A stretch of 63,994 bases of DNA, filler included. It is 6 parts of 6 records of this genome, joined end to end, with 100 filler letters (N's around TTAATTAATTAA, not from the genome) between each part and the next. Parts side by side here need not be neighbours in the genome. Positions count along the whole stretch, not along the records: positions 50,841 to 58,734 come from SRR2962707_1836; positions 58,835 to 63,994 come from SRR2962707_2118; 4 more parts are not named here. One strand, written 5' to 3'. Numbering within the stretch: the stretch's first letter is position 1; every line of letters starts with the position of its first letter. Under the pieces are notes generated by a model. That model ran no database searches. It was not told where the DNA came from and saw only the letters and a list, made by a program, of their open reading frames with translations. The position numbers and the translations under genes are program-made. Shown here one piece after another: positions 53,826-63,088 of this stretch.

Positions 53826-55139
53826 TTATGCTTTAATAGCTCTTCGTCCAATGCTGTAATATTCAAACCCAAGTTCTTCCATTTGGTCAAGGGAATAGAG
53901 ATTCCTGCCGTCGAATATTACTTTATTCTTTAGTGATGCTTCCATCTTCTCAAATTCCGGAGTTCTGAAGATTGGCCATTCTGTCATGATCATTAGTGCA
54001 TCAGCTCCTGCAAGTGCGTCGTACTCATCATTTGCGAAATAGATTTCATCACCAAAAACTTCCTTTACATTGTCCATTGCTTCGGGATCATATGCCTTCA
54101 CACTAGCTCCAAGTGAAAGTAAAGTTCTGATATTCTCTAATGCAGGTGCCTCTCGTATGTCATCCGTATAAGGCTTGAATGCGAGACCCCAAACGCAAAT
54201 GGTTTTGCCTTTTACATCGCCACCGAAGTAATTCTTCAGGGGAGATATTAATTTCTGCTTTTGATCATGGTTGATATCCATAACTGAATTCAGGATCTTG
54301 AAATCATAATCGACCTCAGTGGCAGATTTGGCCAGAGCCTGCACATCTTTCGGAAAACAGCTACCTCCATATCCTATTCCGGCAAACAGAAATCTGTTTC
54401 CAATTCGAGTATCAGTTCCAATTCCCTTTCGTACTTTATCTACATCTGCACCCATTAATTCACATAGATTGGCAATTTCATTCATGAAAGTGATCTTGGT
54501 TGCAAGAAACGAGTTGGCTGCATATTTAGTCAGCTCAGCAGATCTGACATCCATAAATATGATTGGATTGCCTTGCCTCACGAAAGGAGCGTACAGCTGT
54601 GACATCAATTTTATTGATTTCTCAGATTCAGCCCCAATAACTACTCGATCTGGTTTCATGAAATCATCAACCGCAACTCCTTCACGAAGAAATTCCGGAT
54701 TGGACACCACTTCAAACTCGACTTTAGCACCTTCAGAGACCTTTGCAGTTACTTTTTCCGCTGTTCCTACCGGAACAGTCGATTTATCAACTATAACAGT
54801 GAAATCCTCAAGGAGTGGTCCTAAATCCTCTGCAACTTTCAAAACATACTGCAAATCCGCAGAGCCATCCTCACCCGGAGGAGTTGGCAGGGCTAGAAAA
54901 ATGATTTTGGCATCTTTAATTCCTTCTTCAAGGCTAGTTGTAAATTCTAACCTTCCCTGTCTAACATTTCGTTCAAACAGCACTTCAAGGCCAGGCTCAT
55001 AAATGGTGATCTGCTTATTTTTTAGCTTGGCTACTTTCTTTTCATCAATGTCGATACAAGTAACATGATTGCCTGTTTCAGCAAAACAAGTTCCAGTTAC
55101 CAATCCTACATATCCTGTTCCAACAACTGCTATTTTCAT
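53826..55139 (-). CDS. ugd: UDP-glucose 6-dehydrogenase
   Basis: GTGYVG, KSTVPVGT, NPEFLREG and GYGGSCFPKD motifs. Confidence 0.95.
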   Translation of the reverse strand: MKIAVVGTGYVGLVTGTCFAETGNHVTCIDIDEKKVAKLKNKQITIYEPGLEVLFERNVRQGRLEFTTSLEEGIKDAKIIFLALPTPPGEDGSADLQYVLKVAEDLGPLLEDFTVIVDKSTVPVGTAEKVTAKVSEGAKVEFEVVSNPEFLREGVAVDDFMKPDRVVIGAESEKSIKLMSQLYAPFVRQGNPIIFMDVRSAELTKYAANSFLATKITFMNEIANLCELMGADVDKVRKGIGTDTRIGNRFLFAGIGYGGSCFPKDVQALAKSATEVDYDFKILNSVMDINHDQKQKLISPLKNYFGGDVKGKTICVWGLAFKPYTDDIREAPALENIRTLLSLGASVKAYDPEAMDNVKEVFGDEIYFANDEYDALAGADALMIMTEWPIFRTPEFEKMEASLKNKVIFDGRNLYSLDQMEELGFEYYSIGRRAIKA

Positions 55140-55161
55140 ATGTTTTTCATCTAATGCGCCG

Positions 55162-55233
55162 CAAAAGTAAGGGATACTTTTAACCTAAGGGTATTGGAAC
55201 ATTATTTTTAGATGAACAAGATTTGTAGTTTTG
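55162..55233. promoter_or_regulatory. Divergent Bacteroidota -7 elements
   Basis: TACTTTTG (minus strand, 55162-55169, for ugd) and TAGTTTTG (plus strand, 55226-55233, for the acyl-CoA dehydrogenase). Confidence 0.65.
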
Positions 55234-55270
55234 CGTTCCCATTTTAATAACCCGAAATTGTCAACCCCAT

Positions 55271-56434
55271 ATGTCAACAGCAACGTTAACACCTGAGGCT
55301 AAAGTCACAGCTGAAAATAAGGAAATGATCGCCAAAATGGTGCGTGATTTTTGTGCCAAAGAAATTGAACCCAACAAGATGGAGTGGGATGAATCTCAGC
55401 ACTTCCCCATTGATGCATTTAGAAAAATGGGTGAACTGGGGCTAATGGGTGTTTTAGTACCTCATGAGTACGGCGGATCTGGTTTCGGATATCATGAGTA
55501 CGTCACTGCAATTATTGAATTGTCAAAAGTGGATGGATCCATCGGCCTTTCAATGGCTGCCCACAATTCACTTTGCACTGGACACATACTTCAGCATGCC
55601 AATGAGGATCAGAAGAAAAAATATCTACCCAAGTTAGCGTCCGGAGAATGGATTGGAGCATGGGGTCTCACAGAACCTAATACAGGCTCAGATGCAGGTA
55701 ACATGAAAACTACAGCCGTGAAAGATGGTGACGAATGGGTGCTCAATGGAGCCAAGAACTTCATCACGCACGGTAATTCCGGTGATGTCGCCGTAGTAAT
55801 TACCAGAACAGGTGAGCCAAATACTTCAAGAAATTCTAGTGCATTTATCGTTGAGAGAGGTACTCCAGGATTTAATCAGGGAAGGAAAGAAGACAAATTA
55901 GGCATGCGAGCTTCAGAAACATCGGAGATGATTTTTGAAGATTGCAGAGTGCCAGCAGAAAATTTGATTGGTGAAGTGGGAGATGGCTTTGTGCAAGCAC
56001 TAAAGGTGCTGGATGGAGGAAGAATTTCCATAGCAGCTTTGGGTTGTGGGATAGCAGAAGGAGCGCTCAATGCAGCTATCCAATATTCAAAAGAAAGAGA
56101 GCAGTTTGGAAAGCCGATTGCTACTTTTCAAGGAATCTCCTTCAAGATAGCCGACATGGCCACTAAGGTTGAAGCAGCCAAGTTATTAACCTATCAGGCT
56201 GCTGAGCTCAAAAACCAAGGTAAGAATGTAAATAAAGAATCAGCTATGGCTAAGCTTTACTCATCAGAAATTGCCGTGAGAGTAGCTGATGATGCAGTTC
56301 AAATTTTTGGTGGCTATGGATACATCAAGGATTATCCTGCTGAGAAATATTACAGAGATGCCAAACTTTGTACGATCGGTGAGGGAACATCTGAAATTCA
56401 GAAGGTTGTGATTTCACGAACCTTATTAACTTAA
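55271..56434 (+). CDS. Acyl-CoA dehydrogenase
   Basis: [25 protein letters not shown] and QIFGGYGY...IGEGTSEIQ motifs. Confidence 0.95.
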   Translation: MSTATLTPEAKVTAENKEMIAKMVRDFCAKEIEPNKMEWDESQHFPIDAFRKMGELGLMGVLVPHEYGGSGFGYHEYVTAIIELSKVDGSIGLSMAAHNSLCTGHILQHANEDQKKKYLPKLASGEWIGAWGLTEPNTGSDAGNMKTTAVKDGDEWVLNGAKNFITHGNSGDVAVVITRTGEPNTSRNSSAFIVERGTPGFNQGRKEDKLGMRASETSEMIFEDCRVPAENLIGEVGDGFVQALKVLDGGRISIAALGCGIAEGALNAAIQYSKEREQFGKPIATFQGISFKIADMATKVEAAKLLTYQAAELKNQGKNVNKESAMAKLYSSEIAVRVADDAVQIFGGYGYIKDYPAEKYYRDAKLCTIGEGTSEIQKVVISRTLLT

Positions 56435-56460
56435 ACCTTGTATTGCAGCAAAATAGCTTC

Positions 56461-56468
56461 TATCTTTG
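56461..56468 (+). promoter_or_regulatory. Bacteroidota -7 promoter element of rpsU
   Basis: TATCTTTG. Confidence 0.7.
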
Positions 56469-56489
56469 CGGCCCATTAAAAATTCTGAA

Positions 56490-56684
56490 ATGTTAATAAT
56501 AAACGTTAAAGAGAACGAATCAATAGACAGAGCACTGAAGAGATTCAAGAAGAAATTCGAGAAAACTGGTGTACTTAGAGAGCTAAGATCCAGAACTCAT
56601 TACAAAAAACCTTCAGTTGCAAGAAGAGAGGAAATCATTAAGGCAAGATATATTCAAGGCCTTCGTGACGCTGAAAATAAATAA
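56490..56684 (+). CDS. rpsU: 30S ribosomal protein S21
   Basis: [27 protein letters not shown]...YKKPS. Confidence 0.95.
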   Translation: MLIINVKENESIDRALKRFKKKFEKTGVLRELRSRTHYKKPSVARREEIIKARYIQGLRDAENK

Positions 56685-56758
56685 GCGTTCCCCCTTTCTC
56701 TTCACCTAAGATTTTTATAAGTTAGTAATTACCCTGAATCTTCGGGGTAATGCTGCTT

Positions 56759-57634
56759 ATGATCGAACCTTTCCTTAAATACCTTTCATTCGAAAAGCGA
56801 TACAGTAAGCATACTACTGAAGCTTACGGAAAGGATCTTGATCAATTTTCTTCCTTCCTAAATACAGAATTCGAAATTAGTGACCTTGCTGATGTGAAGC
56901 ATATTCACATTCGTGCCTGGGTAGTAGATTTGATGGATAAGGATATTTCCCCGAAATCTGTCAATAGAAAAATTGCTACGCTCAAATCTTTTTATAAGTT
57001 CTTATTGGCCAGGGAATACGTCGAGGTAAATCCGGCCACACAAATCAAGCCTCTTAAATCAGAGAAAGAACTACCTTCCTTTGTGAAGGAAGAAGAAATC
57101 ATTAATCTCTTAGATCGAGTCGAATATTCAGAAGATTTTGTCGGACAAAGAGATAAGCTTTTGCTTGAACTTTTTTATGCAACGGGTATTCGTTTGGCAG
57201 AACTTCAGGGTTTGAAAGAGACAGATGTTAATTTTTTCGAAAAAACCATTCGTGTGCTGGGAAAAAGGAACAAAGAACGTATCATCCCGGTTGGAAATCC
57301 GTTAATATTATTAATCAAGAAGATCATTGAACTTAAAAGGAACGAGGGTATGAATAGCGAATTTCTTCTACTGACCGATGCTGGAAAACCCGTTTACCCA
57401 ATGTTCATTTATCGCAAAGTAAAAAGCCATCTTTCGGCTGTCACTACACTAAGCAAGAAAAGCCCACATGTACTTAGACACACTTTTGCAACACACTTAT
57501 TAAATAAAGGGGCAGACCTTAATGCTGTTAAAGATTTATTGGGTCACACCAGTTTGGCAGCCACACAGGTTTATACCCACAATTCTATAGAGAAGCTTAA
57601 GGCAGCCTTTGATCAGGCTCACCCCAAAGCTTAA
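56759..57634 (+). CDS. xerC: Tyrosine recombinase XerC family
   Basis: YATGIRLAEL, VLGKRNKER, HVLRH and LLGH...TQVY; conserved rpsU-xerC-hpf order; start is 56759 or 56750. Confidence 0.88.
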   Translation: MIEPFLKYLSFEKRYSKHTTEAYGKDLDQFSSFLNTEFEISDLADVKHIHIRAWVVDLMDKDISPKSVNRKIATLKSFYKFLLAREYVEVNPATQIKPLKSEKELPSFVKEEEIINLLDRVEYSEDFVGQRDKLLLELFYATGIRLAELQGLKETDVNFFEKTIRVLGKRNKERIIPVGNPLILLIKKIIELKRNEGMNSEFLLLTDAGKPVYPMFIYRKVKSHLSAVTTLSKKSPHVLRHTFATHLLNKGADLNAVKDLLGHTSLAATQVYTHNSIEKLKAAFDQAHPKA

Positions 57635-57660
57635 TGTTTAACCATTTAAAAGTAACAATC

Positions 57661-57960
57661 ATGAAGTTACAAATGCATTCAATCCACTTCGACGCAGATA
57701 TCAAGCTGCTTGATTTCATTCAGAAAAAAGTTGACAAACTAGAAACTTACTATGATCGAATTATTGATGGAGAAGTTTTCCTACGAGTTGAAAATGACGA
57801 TTCCAAGGAAAATAAAATTGTAGAAATCAAACTGAACGGACCAAAGAACCAATTCTTTTCAAAAGAAAAGGCTAAGTCATTCGAAGCTGCCGCTGATGCT
57901 GCAGTAGAAGGATTGAGGCGTCAACTAAAGAAGCACAAAGAAAAAGTGCTGACCCATTAG
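57661..57960 (+). CDS. hpf: Ribosome hibernation promoting factor (HPF/RaiA)
   Basis: SIHFDAD.KL.DFIQKK...SFEAA.D...RRQL.K.K. Confidence 0.9.
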   Translation: MKLQMHSIHFDADIKLLDFIQKKVDKLETYYDRIIDGEVFLRVENDDSKENKIVEIKLNGPKNQFFSKEKAKSFEAAADAAVEGLRRQLKKHKEKVLTH

Positions 57961-57977
57961 AATAAATAGCCGATAAA

Positions 57978-58008
57978 TAAAAAAGCCCATCCAATTTGGA
58001 TGGGCTTC
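57978..58008. terminator. Bidirectional intrinsic terminator
   Basis: AAGCCCATCCAA-T-TTGGATGGGCTT inverted repeat with A- and T-rich flanks. Confidence 0.8.
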
Positions 58009-58025
58009 ATTTTTTAATGCTTTTA

Positions 58026-58649
58026 TCAGCTCTTCCATTTGATAGTACAGCCAATTGCTCTTTTCTCAGTGACAGAAGGTTTCTTGCCGGATAGCACCGC
58101 ATCAATGGCATCTTCTACATAAGTCTCAGAGACATCTGAAGCGCTGTTCGGACTGTCATCGATGGCTCCAATAAATTCTACCTTATATTTTCCAGCTGAT
58201 TCTTTACTTAGCACATAGACATGTGGGGTTTTAGTGGCGCCGAAAGCTTTTGCAACTTCCTGGCTGTCATCCCTTAGATATGGGAAGCTATACCCTTTTT
58301 CATTGGATCTTTTCTTCATCGCATCCATAGAGTCATCCGGTTGCTGCACTATATCATTAGGATTAATGGCAATGAGTGGAAATCCTTTCCCATTGTACTT
58401 ATTGGCCAAATCCATAATTCTTGATTCATAGGCCTGCGCATAAGGGCACGTATTGCATGTAAATACCACAATAAATCCTTTGGCATCCTTGTAGTCAGCC
58501 ATAGAAACATTCTTGCCGTCTACATTGGGAAGTTTAAAGTCTGAGGCGTAATCACCAACACCATATCCGGCTGCCGGCTCCAGCGCATTCATAAATAATA
58601 CGGCAACAACTGCCAATACGCCAACTAATAATATAAAGGTTCTTTTCAT
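58026..58649 (-). CDS. Exported thioredoxin-like (AhpC/TSA) protein
   Basis: FTCNTCPY (CxxC), GATKTPH and GCTIKW motifs. Confidence 0.88.
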   Translation of the reverse strand: MKRTFILLVGVLAVVAVLFMNALEPAAGYGVGDYASDFKLPNVDGKNVSMADYKDAKGFIVVFTCNTCPYAQAYESRIMDLANKYNGKGFPLIAINPNDIVQQPDDSMDAMKKRSNEKGYSFPYLRDDSQEVAKAFGATKTPHVYVLSKESAGKYKVEFIGAIDDSPNSASDVSETYVEDAIDAVLSGKKPSVTEKRAIGCTIKWKS

Positions 58650-58664
58650 GGGTCAATAAGTTAG

Positions 58665-58734
58665 TTAGTTCAGATACTTATTTACGGTTTTCTCAAGTTC
58701 TTCCTTAGTAAACGCTTTTTCATGGAAATACGTT
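58665..58734 (-). CDS. C-terminal fragment of an upstream gene (probably a TlpA-like redoxin)
   Basis: ...RYFHEKAFTKEELEKTVNKYLN*. Confidence 0.45.
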
Positions 58735-58834
58735 NNNNNNNNNNNNNNNNNNNNNNNNNNNNNNNNNNNNNNNNNNNNTTAATTAATTAANNNNNNNNNN
58801 NNNNNNNNNNNNNNNNNNNNNNNNNNNNNNNNNN
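58735..58834. other. Artificial contig linker
   Basis: N44-TTAATTAATTAA-N44. Confidence 0.98.
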
Positions 58835-59470
58835 GTGTTTGCCTCGCGCTGGCTGATCTGGCGGGTCAACAAGTTTTCCGCGCTTTATCCGGGTCTGGAA
58901 GTGCGGCTGACAGTGACCGGGGCGATGCTGGATCTGAGCCGGCCCGACATCGATTGCGGCGTCCGCTATGGCGACGGAACCTGGCCGGGCGTCGATGTAA
59001 GCCTGATTGGCGGACAGGAATACCAGCCGGTCTGCTCGCCCTTGATCCGCGACCGGGTGAAAAGCCCGGCTGATCTGGCAGATGTGCCGGTGATCGCCGA
59101 CCAGACCAGCATGCTGGACTGGCCGGCCTGGCTGACAAAAGCGGGACTGGACCCGGCCATACCGCTCAATGGCCCGGTCTATTCAGATGCTTCGCTGGCC
59201 TTTGATGCCGCCATTTCCGGGCAAGGCATCTTGCTGGCCGCCGACATGATGACCGCCGACGCGGTGAGCGACGGACGGCTGATCCGCCCGTTCGATCTGC
59301 CGGTGACGGGCAAGCGCGGCTATTTCCTGGCGACGGCCAAGGGGCGGCGGGAACCCAAGAAGCTGGGCTTTTTTCGTGACTGGCTGGCCGCGGAAGTGCC
59401 CGCAAGCGTGTTGGGCTATGTGCACCAGAATGTACCGAACACAGCGACACTAGCGCCATTCCCCAAATAG
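58835..59470 (+). CDS. LysR-family regulator (GcvA-like), substrate-binding domain; 5' part missing
   Basis: FASRWL...F...YP, D.GVRYG.G.WPG, PVCSP and AA.SGQG motifs. Confidence 0.88.
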   Translation: MFASRWLIWRVNKFSALYPGLEVRLTVTGAMLDLSRPDIDCGVRYGDGTWPGVDVSLIGGQEYQPVCSPLIRDRVKSPADLADVPVIADQTSMLDWPAWLTKAGLDPAIPLNGPVYSDASLAFDAAISGQGILLAADMMTADAVSDGRLIRPFDLPVTGKRGYFLATAKGRREPKKLGFFRDWLAAEVPASVLGYVHQNVPNTATLAPFPK

Positions 59471-59598
59471 AATTGTGCAGATCGCGCATTTTATCGGATG
59501 ATTTTGCGCAGAATTGCCATGCGCCGGCCGATATGGACGCTTTGTTGCGCAGGTGTTCTGATAGGCTGATCCGATAGTAACTGGATCGGGGGATCGGC

Positions 59599-60852
59599 AT
59601 GGACGACGTACTCATTCTTGGCGCCGGCATTGTCGGCATTGCCACAGGCATTCACCTGCTGCGGCGCGGGCGAAGCGTAACCCTGGTCGACAGAAGTGAG
59701 CCGGGGCACGAGACCAGCTTTGGCAATGCGGGGATCATCCAGCGTGAGGGGGTGCGGCCGCATCCGTTTCCGCGCGACCTGCAAACCCTGCTGCAGGTGG
59801 GGCTGCATCTTTCGACGGCGGCCCGCTATGAACCCCTGGCCCTGCCCCGGCTGGCGCCGCCGCTGTTGCGCTATTGGTGGGAATCCTCGCCCGAGCATTA
59901 TCGCAAGGTGGTGCAAAGCTATGCGCCGCTGATCGGGCGCTCGATCATCACCCATGCTGGCTTCATCGAGGCGTGCGGCCCGGAGGCCGAGAGCCTGATT
60001 TCGCGCTATGGCTGGCATCTGGCCTTCCGCAGCCCGGAAAAGCTGGAAAAGGAAGCACGCAAGGCGCAGGGCGACCATGACCAGTTCGGGATCGGCTTTG
60101 AGGTGCTGGACTGGCCGGCGCTGCAAAAGGCAGAGCCCAGCCTGACCGGCGGCCTTGCCGGTGCCATTCACTGGACCGATCCCTGGACGGTGCGCGATCC
60201 GGGGGCCTTGGTGACGGCCTATTTCAACCTGTTCGAAAAACTGGGGGGCACGTTTGTCCGCGGTGCAGCAAAGGGGCTGAACCAGGTTTCAGAGGGCTGG
60301 CAGGCCGAGATTGCAGGCCGACAGCTATCTGCCAAGCAGGCGGTGATTGCCCTGGGCCCCTGGGCGCCCGATGTGCTGGACAGGCTGGGCTATCGGCTGC
60401 CGCTGTTCGTCAAGCGCGGCTATCACATGCACTATGGCAGCGCCGAAGGCGCAGCGCTCAACCATTTGCTGCTCGACCCGGAAGTCGGCTATGCCATGGC
60501 GCCGATGGCCAAGGGCATCCGCATTACCACGGGGGCGGAATTTGCCGAGCGCGACGCCGCGCCAACCCCGATCCAGCTTGGCAAGGCGGAGACGGCGGCG
60601 CGGGAATTGTTCCCGCTGGGCGAACGGCTCGACCCGCAGCCCTGGAAGGGGGCCCGCCCCTGCACGCCGGACATGATGCCGATCATTTCGAAGGCCCCAA
60701 AGCATCAGGGGCTGTTCGTGGGTATCGGTCACGCCCATCACGGTTTTACGCTGGGACCGGCCACCGGCGAATTGCTGGCGCAGGCGATGACCGGGGAAGA
60801 GACCGTGATCGATATTCACCCCTTCCGCATGGCGCGGTTCATGGGGGGCTGA
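59599..60852 (+). CDS. FAD-dependent oxidoreductase, DadA/DAO family
   Basis: LGAGIVG, ETSFGNAG, KRGYH, GARPCTPDM and GHAHHGFTLGP motifs. Confidence 0.9.
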   Translation: MDDVLILGAGIVGIATGIHLLRRGRSVTLVDRSEPGHETSFGNAGIIQREGVRPHPFPRDLQTLLQVGLHLSTAARYEPLALPRLAPPLLRYWWESSPEHYRKVVQSYAPLIGRSIITHAGFIEACGPEAESLISRYGWHLAFRSPEKLEKEARKAQGDHDQFGIGFEVLDWPALQKAEPSLTGGLAGAIHWTDPWTVRDPGALVTAYFNLFEKLGGTFVRGAAKGLNQVSEGWQAEIAGRQLSAKQAVIALGPWAPDVLDRLGYRLPLFVKRGYHMHYGSAEGAALNHLLLDPEVGYAMAPMAKGIRITTGAEFAERDAAPTPIQLGKAETAARELFPLGERLDPQPWKGARPCTPDMMPIISKAPKHQGLFVGIGHAHHGFTLGPATGELLAQAMTGEETVIDIHPFRMARFMGG

Positions 60853-60910
60853 TCCGCCTGAGCGTTCTCGACCGGGCAGACCGGCGCGATGCCGATCTGC
60901 CCCGCGTGGT

Positions 60911-61501
60911 TCAGCCTTCGAGCAGGCGCCGGAGCTTGGCGAGCGCGGTGTCGCTGTTTTCGCGATAGGCGATGGTGCCCTCGAACTCTCCCTCTGCATT
61001 GACCAGGAACACCGAGGCGGTGTGGTCCATGGTATAGTCGCCGCCTTCGAGCGGCACTTTTTCATAATAGACGCCCCAGGAACGGGCCGCCTTGGCGACT
61101 TCGTCCGGGGAGCCGGTGACGCCGGTGACATGGCCGGTCCAGCTCACATAGTCGCCAATGACCCCTGCCGTGTCCCGCTCGGGATCGACCGAAACGAAAA
61201 AGGCGTTGAGATCGTCTGCCTCGTCGCCCAATGCCTCATACCAGACGGTCATTTCGGCCAGTGAGGTCGGGCAGACCTCGGGACAATGGGTGAAGCCGAA
61301 AAACAGCATGGATGGGCTGCCCTTGAGGCTGTCGCGATTGAACGCCGCGCCGGTCGCGGTCACCAGCTCATAGTCGCCCTGCCCGAGGGCAACTGCCTGG
61401 GCCGGACGCGTCATGGTGGTGTAAACATAGAGACCGGTGGCCCCCAGGGCAGCGACGGCCACCAGGGTCCAGAGCACGGTGCGGATATGGGACAGGGCCA
61501 T
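60911..61501 (-). CDS. SCO1/SenC copper chaperone
   Basis: FGFTHCPEVCP (CxxxC), SVDPERDT and YTMDH motifs. Confidence 0.95.
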   Translation of the reverse strand: MALSHIRTVLWTLVAVAALGATGLYVYTTMTRPAQAVALGQGDYELVTATGAAFNRDSLKGSPSMLFFGFTHCPEVCPTSLAEMTVWYEALGDEADDLNAFFVSVDPERDTAGVIGDYVSWTGHVTGVTGSPDEVAKAARSWGVYYEKVPLEGGDYTMDHTASVFLVNAEGEFEGTIAYRENSDTALAKLRRLLEG

Positions 61502-61504
61502 GGG

Positions 61505-62473
61505 TCAGTGCCCCATATGGGCAGAATGGTCTTCTGCCGGGGCGTCGGCGGCGGAGCCGGCTGCAATCAGGTCCAGCGTGATGGTGCCGGCCCTTTCAAA
61601 GGTCAGCGTGACCGGCACGGCATCGCCCTCGGCGATCGGGCCGGTGAGCCCCATGAACATCATGTGATAGCCACCGGGTTCGAGCACCACGGTCTCACCA
61701 GCGGGAATGACCAGACCGTCGGGGAGCTGACGCATCTTCATCACATCGCCGTCCATGGCCATTTCATGAATCTGCCCTTCCTTGGCCACCGGGGTGTCCA
61801 CCGCGATCAAAGTATCGTCCTGGGCGCCGGTATTGGTCAGGGTCAGAAAGCCACCGGCGACCGGGGCATTGGGCAGGGTCGCGCGGGTAAAGGCGCCCGA
61901 AATGGTCAGATCGCCAATGCTCGTTTCGGCAGGTGCGGCCATGGCCCCATGATGGGCGTGTTCGTCCATGCCGCCGGCGACCAGGGTGAGGCTGGGCGCG
62001 GGCATGTCGCCGCTTCCGCTCACATCGGTCCAGGCCTCCTCGCCATTGGCGCATTCCTGGATGGCCGGGAAGTAGAAGGGGCCTTCTTCGAGCGTATCGG
62101 CAAAGGTGCCGCGGAAGACAAATTCGTCATAGAATTCGTTGGGCAGATTGCCCTCTGACCAGACGATCTCGGTGACGCCTTCGGACACTTCGGTGCCGTG
62201 GTTCACATAGGTGTTCTGATAGGGCCCGATAACGGTCTCAAGAGTCCAGCCCGCCTTGGGCATGGGCTTGACGTTGAAAAAGCCCTCAGGGATCTGCACG
62301 CGGACCGTGTGGGTGGCTTCGGTGCCGCATCCATGGGGAATGCGGAGCACGGCCTTGTAGCTGGCGCCAAGATTGGCCTGCTGAACCTCGAGGGTCGAGT
62401 GGGCAACAGCCGGGGCGGCCAGGGCGATGAGGGTGGCGGCGGCTAGGCTGGCGCGCGCGAAAGAACCGATCAT
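61505..62473 (-). CDS. YcnI (DUF1775)-PCu(A)C fusion copper chaperone
   Basis: Signal peptide then H; IPHGC...KPMPKAGW (YcnI); HEM...MKMR...LEPGGYHMM (PCuAC). Confidence 0.9.
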   Translation of the reverse strand: MIGSFARASLAAATLIALAAPAVAHSTLEVQQANLGASYKAVLRIPHGCGTEATHTVRVQIPEGFFNVKPMPKAGWTLETVIGPYQNTYVNHGTEVSEGVTEIVWSEGNLPNEFYDEFVFRGTFADTLEEGPFYFPAIQECANGEEAWTDVSGSGDMPAPSLTLVAGGMDEHAHHGAMAAPAETSIGDLTISGAFTRATLPNAPVAGGFLTLTNTGAQDDTLIAVDTPVAKEGQIHEMAMDGDVMKMRQLPDGLVIPAGETVVLEPGGYHMMFMGLTGPIAEGDAVPVTLTFERAGTITLDLIAAGSAADAPAEDHSAHMGH

Positions 62474-62536
62474 GGGTTCGTCTCCAGTCAAAGAAATGGT
62501 CTGATACCGGCAGGAGACCTGCCGGGAGGCTTGGAA

Positions 62537-62944
62537 TCAGACCGCGACAGGAGGCGCGCGGGATTGCCCGACATGATCGGGCAGCAGGGACCGGTGTGGA
62601 CTGGAGGCCTGGGCGAAGCGGATGATCTCGGCCCCGACAGGGGGCACAAGGGCCGGTGCCGGCGGGGGCAAAGTGGCGAGCTGGTGCTTGGCGACACCGG
62701 TGGCCGGGCAATTGAGCGCGGCGGCCTCATGCGGGTCGCCATTGTCGTCCTGCGCCAATGGCTGACAGACCGACCAGGAATCCAGGGTCGAAAAACCGAT
62801 GGCGTTGAGATCGCGCTGCAGGCCGGCGGCCTGATGCAGCGGCAGCAGCAGCGTGAGCACATAGATGGCCAGTACCGCGACGGCGATGCCGGTTTCGCGG
62901 AGCATGATCTGCGCTGTGCTGTGTTTGTTGCTGTTCACGTCCAT
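62537..62944 (-). CDS. DUF2946-like putative copper-responsive leader/arrest peptide (CruR/CutF-like)
   Basis: N-terminal hydrophobic segment, two Cys, Pro-rich linker, C-terminal RAPP; lies directly upstream of the copper-chaperone genes. Confidence 0.72.
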   Translation of the reverse strand: MDVNSNKHSTAQIMLRETGIAVAVLAIYVLTLLLPLHQAAGLQRDLNAIGFSTLDSWSVCQPLAQDDNGDPHEAAALNCPATGVAKHQLATLPPPAPALVPPVGAEIIRFAQASSPHRSLLPDHVGQSRAPPVAV

Positions 62945-63035
62945 CTCGATAGCCCGAGGCTCTGCCCCGCTCAAGAGCAATGGCAGGACCAGGGGCTTTG
63001 CACATTGTCGCAGATCAAATGGCAGTTGCCTCTAG

Positions 63036-63074
63036 TTTAGAAACATTCTAAACATTGTCTGGAATGGCTCTAAA
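63036..63074. promoter_or_regulatory. Tandem Irr-binding ICE boxes
   Basis: Perfect TTTAGAA-ACA-TTCTAAA (63036-63052) and degenerate TCTGGAA-TGG-CTCTAAA (63058-63074). Confidence 0.85.
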
Positions 63075-63088
63075 CTATGGAGGACGCC

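Noticed and set aside
56759-57634. Tyrosine recombinase as a mobile-element integrase
   Set aside because: It sits in the conserved Bacteroidota rpsU-xerC-hpf housekeeping context, with no att sites or cargo.
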